Shown here: one piece after another, positions 19,659 through 29,497 of the stretch
Layout of the letters: each line of letters starts with the position of its first letter
How positions within the stretch are numbered: the stretch's first letter is position 1
NCBI GenBank assembly: GCA_035703635.1
Contig: DASSXV010000065.1
Span: 1-64,000 of the forward strand
Length of the DNA stretch: 64,000 bases
Direction: 5' to 3'
From: Trueperaceae bacterium
Lineage (GTDB): Bacteria > Deinococcota > Deinococci > Deinococcales > Trueperaceae
Notes under the pieces: generated by a model
What the model was told of the DNA's origin: nothing
Databases searched by the model: none
Seen by the model: the letters and a program-made list of their open reading frames with translations, nothing else
Translations under genes and position numbers: made by a program

Positions 19659-20705
19659 TTAGCGGGCACCCTCAGCGGCGTCCAGGCGGAGCGCGCAGGT
19701 GGTGGGCCGCGCGGCTCTGAGGGCGTCCCAGGAGGCGGGGTCCTCGCCGCCGAGCCCCCAGATGGCCACGCCGCCAGTCGGCGCCTCGGCCTCCCCGAGC
19801 GCCGCCAGGCGGCCGACCGTGGTTGCGCCGTCTGACACGTAAACGGTCTGTCTTGGCAGGCCGGTGACGTCGAGCTCGACCAGTAGTTCGAGGCTGTCTG
19901 GGTCGCGTTGCGGCGCTAGGCCGAACTGCGTGATCATGCGCTCCGTTGCCTCCCAGGTCGTGGCCGCTGCGGGCGGGCTGCCGCGCTTCCAGGTGTAGCC
20001 GTAGAACGGCATGCCGACGAGGAGCTGCGTCTGCCCAACGGCCCCAAGGCCGTACTCGACGACCTTGGAAACCCAAGAACGCGGCGCCACCGGCCCAGGT
20101 GGCTCGTTGCGGTTAGTGAAGTCGTACGTCATGACGTTGAAGAGGTCGGCCGCCGCGGCCAGGCGCGGCCAGTCCTGAGCCGCCGCGCTGGGGAAACCGG
20201 TCGGACTAGCCTCCGTCTTGGCGTGGACCGTCACCGAGAGAAGCTTGCCGCGTTCATGCAGCGCCGCCCCGAGCCGCTCGACGAAGCCGCTGAACGCAGC
20301 GCGCGTTTCGAGCGGGAACATCTCGTAGTCGAGGTCAAGCCCGTCGAAGCCGGCGTCGTCGACGAGGGCGACGAGGGCCGCCACGTGAGCGCTTAGCAGC
20401 GGCTCTGACATGAAGGTGCTGTGGTTGGCGAACACGCTCGGCACGACGAGCAGGCCGGCCGAGCGCCAGGTCGCGACCTGATCCTCCCAGTTGGCGCCCG
20501 CCTGCGAGAGGATGGCGCCCTCCGCGTTCGGCGTGAACCAGAACGGGAAGACGACGTCTATGACGTCTGCGTTGGCGACGATGGTGTCGTAGCCGCCGGG
20601 GTGGTCGGACGACGGGTACCAGACGGCGACGCACCAAGACGGCGGCGCGGCGGCTAGCGCGCTAGCCGCCGCGAGCAGGCAGAACAGCGCTGCCAAGCGC
20701 CTCAC
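19659..20705 (-). CDS. Secreted GH18 glycoside hydrolase (chitinase-like)
   Basis: Signal peptide; GFDGLDLDYE (DxxDxDxE), VMTYD, GMPFYGY, GVAIW. Confidence 0.85.
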   Translation of the reverse strand: MRRLAALFCLLAAASALAAAPPSWCVAVWYPSSDHPGGYDTIVANADVIDVVFPFWFTPNAEGAILSQAGANWEDQVATWRSAGLLVVPSVFANHSTFMSEPLLSAHVAALVALVDDAGFDGLDLDYEMFPLETRAAFSGFVERLGAALHERGKLLSVTVHAKTEASPTGFPSAAAQDWPRLAAAADLFNVMTYDFTNRNEPPGPVAPRSWVSKVVEYGLGAVGQTQLLVGMPFYGYTWKRGSPPAAATTWEATERMITQFGLAPQRDPDSLELLVELDVTGLPRQTVYVSDGATTVGRLAALGEAEAPTGGVAIWGLGGEDPASWDALRAARPTTCALRLDAAEGAR

Positions 20706-22231
20706 GGCCGCGCCCGCTCGTCGGTCAGCGCGGCGGGTGGCACGGCGACCGGCAGCCGCCCTCTCCCCTCCAACTCACCACACAGCAGCCGCGCCACCGC
20801 CTCCGTTTGAGGTTCTCGCCTGCCGTAACTGCAGATGGCGCGGCGCACCGCGCCCGCCGCCGCCACGTCGAGCGGGTTGCGGAGCGCTACGAGGATGGGG
20901 TCTGTGCCCATGGCGACGAGGCGCCGCAAGAGGCTCAGTTGTGCTTCGTCTCCGGCAGCATTGACGGTGGCCACCACCACCTCGCCACCGCCCGCAGCGC
21001 GCCAGGCAGCCACCTGCCCGGCAACGGCGTCCACGGCGGCGGCCGGGGCGCTGCGCTCTAGCACGACCTCGGTGATGTCTGGCACGCGCGCGCGCAGTTG
21101 CGCGGCAAGGCAGGTAGCCCCGCCCGGCGCCGTCTCGGCGGGCGTGAGGGCGCCGGCTGCCACGCTGACGACGAGCACCCGCGCCCCAGCGGCCAGTCGC
21201 GGGTCGCCGCGCACCACGGTAATGGCGGCCTCCGAGCTGACCCGCGCGACCTCGCGGTGCGCTTGGCTGCCGATCACCGACAGGGGCGGCAGCTCGGTTG
21301 GCAGGCCGCGCCTGACGGCCAGCACGCGTGCCGCGCTGGCGGGGTCCGTCTCGGCCTCGAGCTCACGCACGATCTGTTGCTGGTCGGGGAGGTGCCCAAG
21401 CATCGCGAGGTCCGCGCCGGCGCGCAGCGAGCGCCTGGCGCGCTCAACGCCAGGCAGGTCGCCAACTGCGCTCATGTCGAGCGCGTCGGTGACGACCACG
21501 CCGGCGTACCCCAGCTCGTCTCGCAGCAGCCCCGTGAGGACGGCGCGCGAGTGCGTGGCAACGGCGTCGTCTAGCGCCGGGTAGATGGCGTGGCACGACA
21601 TGATGGCGGCAACGCCTGCCTTGATGGCAGCCGCGAACGGCACGAGCTCGCGCCGCTTGAGCAGCTCGAGCGGCGCGGTGATGACGGGGGTGGAGTGGTG
21701 GCTGTCTAGCTGCGTGTCGCCGTGACCAGGGAAGTGCTTGGCCGTCGCCAGCACGCCGTTACTCTGCATGCCAGCGATGAGGGCAGCCCCGAGGGCGGCG
21801 ACTCGCTGCGGGTCGTCACCGAAGGCCCTCACCCCCAGCACGTCGCTGGCTTGCTGCGTGGCGAGGTCGAGGACGGGCGCGATGTTCATGTTGCACCCGA
21901 GCGCCAGGAGTTCGCTGCCGAGCACCTCGCCGGTGCGGCGCGCCAACTCCACCGACCCTGCGGCCCCTAGCGCTAAGTTGCCTGGCAGCTCGGTGGCGCC
22001 GTGACCGACGGCCATGAGCTGGCCGCCTTCCTGGTCTATGCCGATGATGGGGGGCGGGTGGCCGCCGGCAGCGGCGGCGGCCATGAGGCTGAGGTTCAAC
22101 TCGCGCAACTGCCTCAACGAGGCGACGTTGAAGCTGAAGAGGCACACGGCGCCGACGGCGCCGGATTCCAACGCGGCGAGCACCCAGGCGGGCGCTTCGT
22201 GGCCGCGGAAACTGATCATGCATGAGCCCAT
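20702..22231 (-). CDS. nagZ: GH3 beta-N-acetylhexosaminidase
   Basis: IDQEGG, APVLD, KHFPGHGDT..DSH, TDALDM; start trimmed to the ATG downstream of the preceding permease. Confidence 0.85.
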   Translation of the reverse strand: MGSCMISFRGHEAPAWVLAALESGAVGAVCLFSFNVASLRQLRELNLSLMAAAAAGGHPPPIIGIDQEGGQLMAVGHGATELPGNLALGAAGSVELARRTGEVLGSELLALGCNMNIAPVLDLATQQASDVLGVRAFGDDPQRVAALGAALIAGMQSNGVLATAKHFPGHGDTQLDSHHSTPVITAPLELLKRRELVPFAAAIKAGVAAIMSCHAIYPALDDAVATHSRAVLTGLLRDELGYAGVVVTDALDMSAVGDLPGVERARRSLRAGADLAMLGHLPDQQQIVRELEAETDPASAARVLAVRRGLPTELPPLSVIGSQAHREVARVSSEAAITVVRGDPRLAAGARVLVVSVAAGALTPAETAPGGATCLAAQLRARVPDITEVVLERSAPAAAVDAVAGQVAAWRAAGGGEVVVATVNAAGDEAQLSLLRRLVAMGTDPILVALRNPLDVAAAGAVRRAICSYGRREPQTEAVARLLCGELEGRGRLPVAVPPAALTDERARP

Positions 22232-22239
22232 GAGTGACG

Positions 22240-23151
22240 TCAGCCTTTCGAGCCCGTGAGGGCGATGCCCTCGGTGAAGTAACGCTGGGTGAGGATGAAC
22301 ACGACGAGGACGGGGATGACGAAGAGCACGCTGGCCGTCATGATGTCCTGCCACGGAATGGGCGACTCCTGCAGGTTGTTCTTCTGCGCGACGTAGATGG
22401 GCATGGTGAACAGCTCGGCTTTCTGCAGGTAGAGGAGCGGCTGCACGAGGTTGTTCCACTGGCCGACGAAGAGGAAGACCGTTACCGTCGCCACGGCTGG
22501 CCGTGAGAGCGGCAGGATGATGAGCCACAGGAGTTGCAGTGGGTTGGCGCCGTCTATGAGGGCGGACTCGTCCAGTTCGCGTGGGAGCGTGAGCATGAAC
22601 TGCCGCAGCAGGAACACGAGCGCCGCGCCGCCAGCGAAGAAGCCGGGCAGGGTGATGGGGTTGAAGGTGCGCAGCCAGCCGAGTTCGTAGAAGAGCACGT
22701 ACTGCGGGACGAGCGTGGCTTGGGCAGGCAGCATGAGGGTGCCGAGCATGAGGCCGAACACGAGGTCGCGGCCGGGCCAGCGCAGGCGGCTGAACGCGAA
22801 CGCCACGACCACGAGGCTCGAGACGGTGCCGAGGAGCACGATGAGCACGGTGTAGAGGCTATTGCCGTAGGCGCGGTAGAAGTTCTTCTCTGCGAGCTGC
22901 TTCGTGTAGTTCGACCACTGCGGCGTCTCAGGGAAGATGCTGAGTTGCGCCTGGCCTACCTCCTCCACGGTCTTGAGTGACGTGCCCGCCATCCACGCAA
23001 CCGGGAAGAGGAAGAAGATGCCCGCACCGATGAGGGCGGCGTAGAGCACCAAGACGCCGGTGGCGCGCCAACTGCCGCGCCAGAAGCGCATGCCGACGCG
23101 GCGGGTGTTGCCCCGGCTGCGTGCGCCGGGGAGGGCGCTAGTGTCATTCAT
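22240..23151 (-). CDS. Carbohydrate ABC transporter permease (MalG-like)
   Basis: LPRELDESALIDGA EAA motif; QRYFTEGI. Confidence 0.9.
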   Translation of the reverse strand: MNDTSALPGARSRGNTRRVGMRFWRGSWRATGVLVLYAALIGAGIFFLFPVAWMAGTSLKTVEEVGQAQLSIFPETPQWSNYTKQLAEKNFYRAYGNSLYTVLIVLLGTVSSLVVVAFAFSRLRWPGRDLVFGLMLGTLMLPAQATLVPQYVLFYELGWLRTFNPITLPGFFAGGAALVFLLRQFMLTLPRELDESALIDGANPLQLLWLIILPLSRPAVATVTVFLFVGQWNNLVQPLLYLQKAELFTMPIYVAQKNNLQESPIPWQDIMTASVLFVIPVLVVFILTQRYFTEGIALTGSKG

Positions 23152-24787
23152 AGTGGACCCACCTGCTGTAGCGGAACTGTGCCACGGTTAGGAGCACGAT
23201 GAGCACGGCCAAGATCCAGCTCGCGGCGGCGCCCTGAGCGATCTCTAGTTGCCTGAAGGTGCGGACGAACAGGAAGTACGCGGCCGAAGCGATGCTCTGC
23301 TCCGTCAGGGTGTTCTGGATGATGTAGACGGCCTCGAACGTCTGCAATGCCGCGATCAGCCCGATGACGACGTTATAGAACATGGCGGGCGAGATCATCG
23401 GCATGGTGATGTTCTTGAACTTCTGCCAGCCCGTCGCGCCGTCGACGCTAGCTGCCTCGTAGAGGGAGCGTGGTACGCCCTTGAGGGCCGCGAGGAAGAT
23501 GAGCATGCCCGCGCCCGAACTCCACATGGTTATGAGCACGAGCGACGGCTTCGACCAGAGCTCGCTCGAGAGCCAGAGCGGCACGCGGTTGGCGTCAGGG
23601 AACTGGGCTACGACTTGGCGGAAGAGGGCGAAGTGGTGGTTCGCCGCGCCGGTCGCGGCCGCCACCGCGTCGTAGGCGGCGAAGTAACGCACGCCGTCGG
23701 TGGTGGCGCCGATGGCTAAGAGCCCGAACAGCGCCCCGACGACGCCCAGCAGCCAACGCTGCCTTGACGCACCACGCCCGTAGCCGACGATGGCGGCCAC
23801 GCCGACGAGCACGGCGAGCAACCACAGCGCGGACGGCGCCTGCGCCGCGTAGCCAGTAGTCAGGTAGTCGAGGTCGCCGGCGGCGCGCAAGCTCGAGCGC
23901 TGCGTGATGAGGTCGAAGAGCGTGCCGAGGCGACCGAGCACGCGCGGCACGAAGCTGCCGCCCGTGATGGCGCGCACGGCGAGGAACACGAGCAAGATGG
24001 CGCCGCCGATCTCGACCAACGTGCGCGCCATGGTGTGCCGCGTTGCCTCGGAGGCCGTGAGGAAGAGGGCGAGACAGGCGCCGAAACCGAGCAGCGCCGG
24101 AATGGTGTACATGAGGGGCCCGACTGGGTCGGCGCGCGAGACGCCGATGAAGAAGGCGTTGAAGCTCTCGACCACGAAGATGAAGGAGCGGTAGAGCCAG
24201 TCGAACGGCGGGAACATCTCGGCGAAGCGCTTGAGCGTGACGTTGATGAAGCCGCCGTTGCTCGCGAGCATGTAGCGCCACGCCAGCAGGATGGCTGGGC
24301 CGCCTGCCAGGATGACGGGCACGTAGAACACGAGCCTGAAGAACGCCATGCCCCGCAGCGGCTGTGCAACGAGGACAGCCATGAGCAGCGCCGTCGCTAT
24401 CTGCAGCGGCACCCCGACGATGGCGTAGTAAGCGGAGTTGTACATGGCCTGCACGAAGCGCCTGCCGTACGCGCCAGCGCCCGCGAGGAGGGAGCGGTAG
24501 TTGTCTAGGCCGATCCACTCGATGGGGCGGCCGAGTTTGTAGTCGGTGAACGAGTAGTAGAGAGATAGCACGGCGGGTCCGAGGACGAAGATCACGAACC
24601 CGAGCAGCCAGGGTGAGGCGAGGGCGTAACCCCAGAAGACTCGGCGCCGTTGCAGCAGGCCAGCGCCGCGGGCGGCGCTGATGCTCATGGCCAGCCGGCC
24701 GACGAGGTAGCTGCCTAGGACGATGAACGCTACGGTCCCGAGCGACCAGTACAGGTTGTTGAGCCGGGCGGCTACGGCCAGGTCCAT
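23144..24787 (-). CDS. Carbohydrate ABC transporter permease (MalF-like) with large membrane insertion
   Basis: SPWLLGF, GLDNY, LYEAASVDGA, ITMPMISP; 547 aa. Confidence 0.85.
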   Translation of the reverse strand: MDLAVAARLNNLYWSLGTVAFIVLGSYLVGRLAMSISAARGAGLLQRRRVFWGYALASPWLLGFVIFVLGPAVLSLYYSFTDYKLGRPIEWIGLDNYRSLLAGAGAYGRRFVQAMYNSAYYAIVGVPLQIATALLMAVLVAQPLRGMAFFRLVFYVPVILAGGPAILLAWRYMLASNGGFINVTLKRFAEMFPPFDWLYRSFIFVVESFNAFFIGVSRADPVGPLMYTIPALLGFGACLALFLTASEATRHTMARTLVEIGGAILLVFLAVRAITGGSFVPRVLGRLGTLFDLITQRSSLRAAGDLDYLTTGYAAQAPSALWLLAVLVGVAAIVGYGRGASRQRWLLGVVGALFGLLAIGATTDGVRYFAAYDAVAAATGAANHHFALFRQVVAQFPDANRVPLWLSSELWSKPSLVLITMWSSGAGMLIFLAALKGVPRSLYEAASVDGATGWQKFKNITMPMISPAMFYNVVIGLIAALQTFEAVYIIQNTLTEQSIASAAYFLFVRTFRQLEIAQGAAASWILAVLIVLLTVAQFRYSRWVHYE

Positions 24788-24816
24788 CGTCAGGTGGTCC
24801 TTCGCAAGATAGGGTT

Positions 24817-24839
24817 GGGGGCGCCATTGCGGCGCCCCC
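24817..24839 (-). other. Intercistronic hairpin after the sugar SBP gene
   Basis: gggggcgcc-attgc-ggcgccccc. Confidence 0.55.
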
Positions 24840-24847
24840 TTCGAGGG

Positions 24848-26080
24848 TTAGAGGAAGCCGTTGTCCTCGAGGATGGCGTCGTACTCCTCCTTGAGGGCTT
24901 CTTGGGTGGCGGCTAGGCTCTGTTGGTCCGAGAGGAACATGCTGATCTGCTCGGCGAGGAGCGGGCGCAGCTCCGCGCTGGCGCGGATGTCTGAGAAGGC
25001 GCGGCCGTAGTCGACCGCGGCGTCGAGCATGGCGTTCCACACGGGGTTAGCGCGGAGTTCGTCCCAGGCGTCCTGGCGCACGGGCGTGAAGCCGGCGACT
25101 TGACTGAGCTGGATGGCCTTGTCTTGGCTGCCGATGAACTTGAGGAAGGCGGCCGCCAGTTCTGGGTCCTTGGCGTACGCGGGCACCGAGAGCCAGTCCG
25201 TGAACACCTGGATGAGGGGCTTGCCGTTCGCGCCCGCGGGGTACGGGCCGATGGCGATGTTCTCCCACAGCGGGTCGGTGGTTGGGGGCATGTTCCACAT
25301 GGGGAAGATGCCGCTGATGACTAGGCCGGAAGCGATGGGGTAGCCGTTGATGGGCGGCAGGCCCGCGGTGAGTTCCGTTGGCTGCACGGCGCGGCGGCGG
25401 TCGTACATGAACTGCAGCGCCTCCGCGGTGGCTGCGCTATCGAACGCGCTGCTGCCGTCGGCGTTGTAGAGCTCGCCGCCTGCGCTCCAGACATAGGCGA
25501 TGAACTCCTGGGAGTCGAACAGCCCGCCACCGATGTCCATGAAGCCCATCTTCGTCATGGCGCCGTCCGCTACCGCGGAGTTGTCCGCCACGAACTTCAC
25601 GGAATCGGCAAACGTGAGGGGCGGGATGGCGTTAGCGTCCGCCGCTAGGTCGGTGCGGAAGAACATGGGCCGCGGGCTCATGAGGAGCGGGAGGCCGACC
25701 ATGTGCCCGTCGTACGAGGCGACGCTGAGCGCCGCTGGCAGGAAGTTGCTCAGCTCGCTCCAATCGGCAAGGTACGGGTCGAGGTTGGCGAGCAGCGGGC
25801 CGAAGGTAGCCGCGTACTCGGAGCCAAGGTAGACGATGTCCGGGCCCGAGCCGGTGGTTATCCAGCCTGCCACGGCTGCGTCGAAGTCGCCCCAGCCACC
25901 TGTGAGGATGTCGAGGGTAACGCCGGGGTTCTCGGCCTCGAACTCAGGGAACGCGACGTCGCGGAACCAGGTCATGGTGTCCTCGGTCAGGCCGGTGATG
26001 TAGATCTCTAGGTTGCGTTGCGCGCTGGCCGCGCCGAACATTAGCGAAACGGCGGCCAACAGGGTCAAGAACTTCTTCAT
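24848..26080 (-). CDS. Carbohydrate ABC transporter solute-binding protein
   Basis: Signal peptide, FEAENPGV, GPDIV, AAAFLKFI; SD ggagg. Confidence 0.88.
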   Translation of the reverse strand: MKKFLTLLAAVSLMFGAASAQRNLEIYITGLTEDTMTWFRDVAFPEFEAENPGVTLDILTGGWGDFDAAVAGWITTGSGPDIVYLGSEYAATFGPLLANLDPYLADWSELSNFLPAALSVASYDGHMVGLPLLMSPRPMFFRTDLAADANAIPPLTFADSVKFVADNSAVADGAMTKMGFMDIGGGLFDSQEFIAYVWSAGGELYNADGSSAFDSAATAEALQFMYDRRRAVQPTELTAGLPPINGYPIASGLVISGIFPMWNMPPTTDPLWENIAIGPYPAGANGKPLIQVFTDWLSVPAYAKDPELAAAFLKFIGSQDKAIQLSQVAGFTPVRQDAWDELRANPVWNAMLDAAVDYGRAFSDIRASAELRPLLAEQISMFLSDQQSLAATQEALKEEYDAILEDNGFL

Positions 26081-26183
26081 CTATGCCTCCACGGTTCGTT
26101 TGGGGCTCGCCGGAGCCTACCGTTGCTTGGCTCCGAGGTAGCTGGGGGCTGGTCTCGCTGCGGGCGTTCACCTCCCTGCGCAG

Positions 26184-26247
26184 TTAGTAAAGCAGCATTA
26201 CTTACTATGACTGGCTAAAGGGTAGGGGCTGGCACCGCGCTTGTCAA
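26184..26247 (-). promoter_or_regulatory. Sigma70 promoter with downstream candidate ROK operator
   Basis: Minus strand TTGACA (26247-26242)-N17-TACCCT (26224-26219); AT-rich inverted repeat TAGTAA-N11-TTACTA at 26185-26207. Confidence 0.7.
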
Positions 26248-26318
26248 GCACCCCGTGATAGGGTCGCTGACAACGCGCCAAGGGCACCCGCGACCGGGCG
26301 CCGCTCAGGAGTCGCACG

Positions 26319-27632
26319 ATGAACGTGACCGAAGCGAAACGCTGGCTACTCACGGAAGCCGCCAAGCGCGGCGTCGCACTAGAGGTGCTAGCCACCAGCG
26401 AGAGCAGCTTGAGGCTCGAGACGCGCGGCGGCAAGGCCTCTGACGTCCACTCGTCGACCCAGGCTGGCATCGGCTTGCGCGTGGTGGCAGACGGCCGTAC
26501 TGGCTACGCCTCGACGGAGGAGCTAACGGCCGACGCCCTCGCGTGGGCCCTCAACGAGGCGATAGAGAACGCTTCGCTAACCCCGGCGGGCAACGCCGCC
26601 TTGCCGGCTGGCGGGCAACTCGGCCGCGTCGACCTCCTCGGCGAGGGCCTCTCCGCCACCATCAAAGACAAGCTGGCCACCGCGGCGGCTTTCGAGGCCG
26701 GCCTCACCCAGGACCCGCGCCTGCAGTCCATGCAGATGGGCCGCTACATCGAGTCGGAGCAGCGAATCGAGATCGGCTCTAGCGCCGGCGTGGACGGCGG
26801 TTACCGCGCAGGCACCGCCGCGCTCGTGGCTGGCGTGGTCATGCGCGAAGGCGCCAGCGTCAAACAGGGTTTCAACGTTCACGCGGAGGGCGACTACCAC
26901 CAGCTCGAGCCCGGTCGCACCGCGCAAGAGACCCTGACGAAGGTCGGTCGCCACCTCGGCGCGAAGGCGCTAGTGACTGGCCGCCGCCGCGCCACGTTCG
27001 AACCGGACGTCGTCGGTCAGCTCCTCCAGCTCCTCGCGTACTCCCTCTCAGGCAAGGCCGTCGCCGAGGGCAAGAGCCACCTGGCGGACAAGCTAGGGAA
27101 GCGCGTAGCCGCGCCGCTCATAACGCTCGTCGACGACGCCACCCTCTCCCACGCGCTCGGCTCGCGGCCGTTCGATTCGGAAGGCACGATCTCACGACGC
27201 CTAACCCTCATCGAGGGGGGCGTGCTGCAGTCGTTCATGCACAACTCCGCAACCGCCAGGCGCACGGGGCAGAAGAACACCGGCCACGCGTACCGCACGT
27301 ACGCAAGCACGCTCGAGGTGCGCCCAAGCAACCTCGTTCTCCAGCCCGGTAGCGGCGTGCCAGCAGGTGACGGCGTGACAGTAACCGACCTCATGGGCGT
27401 CCACGCTGGCGCCAACCCCATCAGCGGCGAGGTGAGCGTTCAGGCGATGGGCCTCGAAACTCAGGGCGGCGAGACCCTGCCCGTCGACGACTTCGCGATC
27501 TCGTTCAACCTCTTCGACCTCTTGGGCCGAGTGAGCGCCGTCGGCAACGACCCGACCTGGGTCTTCGCCTTCGGAGCCCCTATCCTCACGCCTAGCATCA
27601 GCGTCGAGGACGTGAGTTTCGCAGGCGGGTGA
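26319..27632 (+). CDS. pmbA: PmbA/TldE protein
   Basis: GIGLRV..GRTGYAST, SRPFDSEG, TGHA, GVHAGANPISGE; no HExxH. Confidence 0.88.
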   Translation: MNVTEAKRWLLTEAAKRGVALEVLATSESSLRLETRGGKASDVHSSTQAGIGLRVVADGRTGYASTEELTADALAWALNEAIENASLTPAGNAALPAGGQLGRVDLLGEGLSATIKDKLATAAAFEAGLTQDPRLQSMQMGRYIESEQRIEIGSSAGVDGGYRAGTAALVAGVVMREGASVKQGFNVHAEGDYHQLEPGRTAQETLTKVGRHLGAKALVTGRRRATFEPDVVGQLLQLLAYSLSGKAVAEGKSHLADKLGKRVAAPLITLVDDATLSHALGSRPFDSEGTISRRLTLIEGGVLQSFMHNSATARRTGQKNTGHAYRTYASTLEVRPSNLVLQPGSGVPAGDGVTVTDLMGVHAGANPISGEVSVQAMGLETQGGETLPVDDFAISFNLFDLLGRVSAVGNDPTWVFAFGAPILTPSISVEDVSFAGG

Positions 27633-27636
27633 ACGG

Positions 27637-28158
27637 GTGCGCTTCGCGTTCCTGCGGGCCGTCAACGTCGGTGGCCGCAGCAAACTGCCGATGCGCGAGC
27701 TGGTAGCCGCCGCCGCGGCAGCCGGCCTTGGCACGATCGAGTTCCTCCTCCAGTCAGGCAACCTGGCCGTGCACGACTCCGCGCTCAGCGACCAGGAGCT
27801 GCGCGCGGCCTTGGAGCACCTGGCGGCCGAGCGCTTCGGGGTTGCCACCCGCATCGTCCTGCGCACGCCTAAGGCCCTGAGCGACACCCTGGCGCTGAAC
27901 CCGTACGCTGACCAGCCAACCGTGTACCTGAACATGTGGGACGAGGAACCGACGCCCACCGCAGTGGAGGAGTTGGCGCGCTCGAAGTTCGACGACGCCG
28001 CCTTTCACATCGTGCCGGGCGCCATGTTCATCCTCTATGCTGGCCAGTCGCACACCTCGAAGCTCACCAACACGTTCATCGAACGCAAGCTGGGCGTCTA
28101 TGCGACCGCGCGCAACCTGCGCACGCTCGTGCGCATGCTCGAGCGCTGGCCAGCCTGA
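27637..28158 (+). CDS. DUF1697 family protein
   Basis: AFLRAVNVGG..LPM, QSGN, IERKLGVYATARN. Confidence 0.85.
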   Translation: MRFAFLRAVNVGGRSKLPMRELVAAAAAAGLGTIEFLLQSGNLAVHDSALSDQELRAALEHLAAERFGVATRIVLRTPKALSDTLALNPYADQPTVYLNMWDEEPTPTAVEELARSKFDDAAFHIVPGAMFILYAGQSHTSKLTNTFIERKLGVYATARNLRTLVRMLERWPA

Positions 28159-29406
28159 CTACCGCGTAGAGGGCCGCGGAGCGTCGCTTGCTTCCAGCTG
28201 CGCTGGCTCGTCTGGGTAGTCATGCGCCGCGCTGGCCCCCGCGTTGAAGCGCCGCAAAACCGTGAGGGCCAGCAGCCCGAGCGCCGCCAGCGTCACGCCA
28301 GCCGAGGCGAAACCGAAGCGGAACGAGGTGGCCGCCACCACGAGGCCACTGAGCGTCGGCGCGAAGACCTCGACGGTGTGATTGATGGAGAGCCGCAAGC
28401 TCAGGGCAACGCCGCGGTCGCGGGCCGGCACGTGCGAAGCCACGGCCACGATGCTGAGTGGGAACGCGATGCCCGTGCCGAAACCGACGAGCACGGCGAG
28501 CGCGGCGAAGCTGGCGACGCTCTGCGCCACCGACAAGAGGCCAACGCCGACCGCCACCGCCCCCATGGACACGACGAGCGTGTTGCCAGTGCCGCCCAAC
28601 GTGCGCGTGACGAGCGGCATGATAGGCCTGATCAGCACGGAGGTAAGCGAACCAAGACTGACGAGCGACCCGATGAGCGTGGCCGACATGCCCATCTCGT
28701 CGAGCATCACCGGGAGGAACGCCTCGCGCATGGTTATCGCGAGGAACACGCCAGCGCTGGTGAGGACCGCCATCTGCAGGCCGGCGTTGCGCAGGGTCGC
28801 CACGACGGCGCCCTTGCGCGGCGGGCCGGGGCGGATGCGCCCACCCGCCGTGTGACGCGCGGAGCGCACCACCATGAACCCGAAGACCATCGCCGCGAGG
28901 AGCACGACGAACACGGCGGCGTAGCTGATGCGGTACCCGGCGCTATCGATGATGGCGCCGACCAAGACGGGCCCGACCATGCGGCCGCCAGCCAACCACG
29001 TCGAGTGCACCGCGAAGTTGCTCTCGTGCGTGCGGCCGTTGCCGAGCGAGGCCACCAACGACTGCGACGCGAGCGTGAAGAAGATGTAGAAGAACCCGAG
29101 CACGAGCCGCGAGGCCGCCAGCGCGGCGACGCCGGGGAACACCACCACCCCTAGCGGCGCCAAGCCCAACCCGACCAGGCCAAGGAAGAACCAGCGTTGC
29201 GCCCCGAGCGCGTCAACCCAGCGCCCGGCGGGCAACGCGAGCAAGACGGGGAAGATCCCGGGCAGCGCCATGAGCACCCCGAGCCACTGAGCCCCAAGCC
29301 CGAGGGCTACGGCGTAGAGGGGCACCATGACCGCCATCATGCTGGAGGCCATCGTCATCAGGCCAGAAGCCAGGCACTGGTAAAGGAAAGTACGAGTGAC
29401 CGGCAC
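28159..29406 (-). CDS. MFS transporter
   Basis: About 12 hydrophobic helices, GRWVDALG motif A-like. Confidence 0.85.
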   Translation of the reverse strand: MPVTRTFLYQCLASGLMTMASSMMAVMVPLYAVALGLGAQWLGVLMALPGIFPVLLALPAGRWVDALGAQRWFFLGLVGLGLAPLGVVVFPGVAALAASRLVLGFFYIFFTLASQSLVASLGNGRTHESNFAVHSTWLAGGRMVGPVLVGAIIDSAGYRISYAAVFVVLLAAMVFGFMVVRSARHTAGGRIRPGPPRKGAVVATLRNAGLQMAVLTSAGVFLAITMREAFLPVMLDEMGMSATLIGSLVSLGSLTSVLIRPIMPLVTRTLGGTGNTLVVSMGAVAVGVGLLSVAQSVASFAALAVLVGFGTGIAFPLSIVAVASHVPARDRGVALSLRLSINHTVEVFAPTLSGLVVAATSFRFGFASAGVTLAALGLLALTVLRRFNAGASAAHDYPDEPAQLEASDAPRPSTR

Positions 29407-29497
29407 GGTCTTATTCCTTCATGAACGAGATGCTCGTTGGCCACCCCGCCAGCGAGTGACGCCCAGGGTAACGCCGCGGGCCTACAATCAGGCCCAG

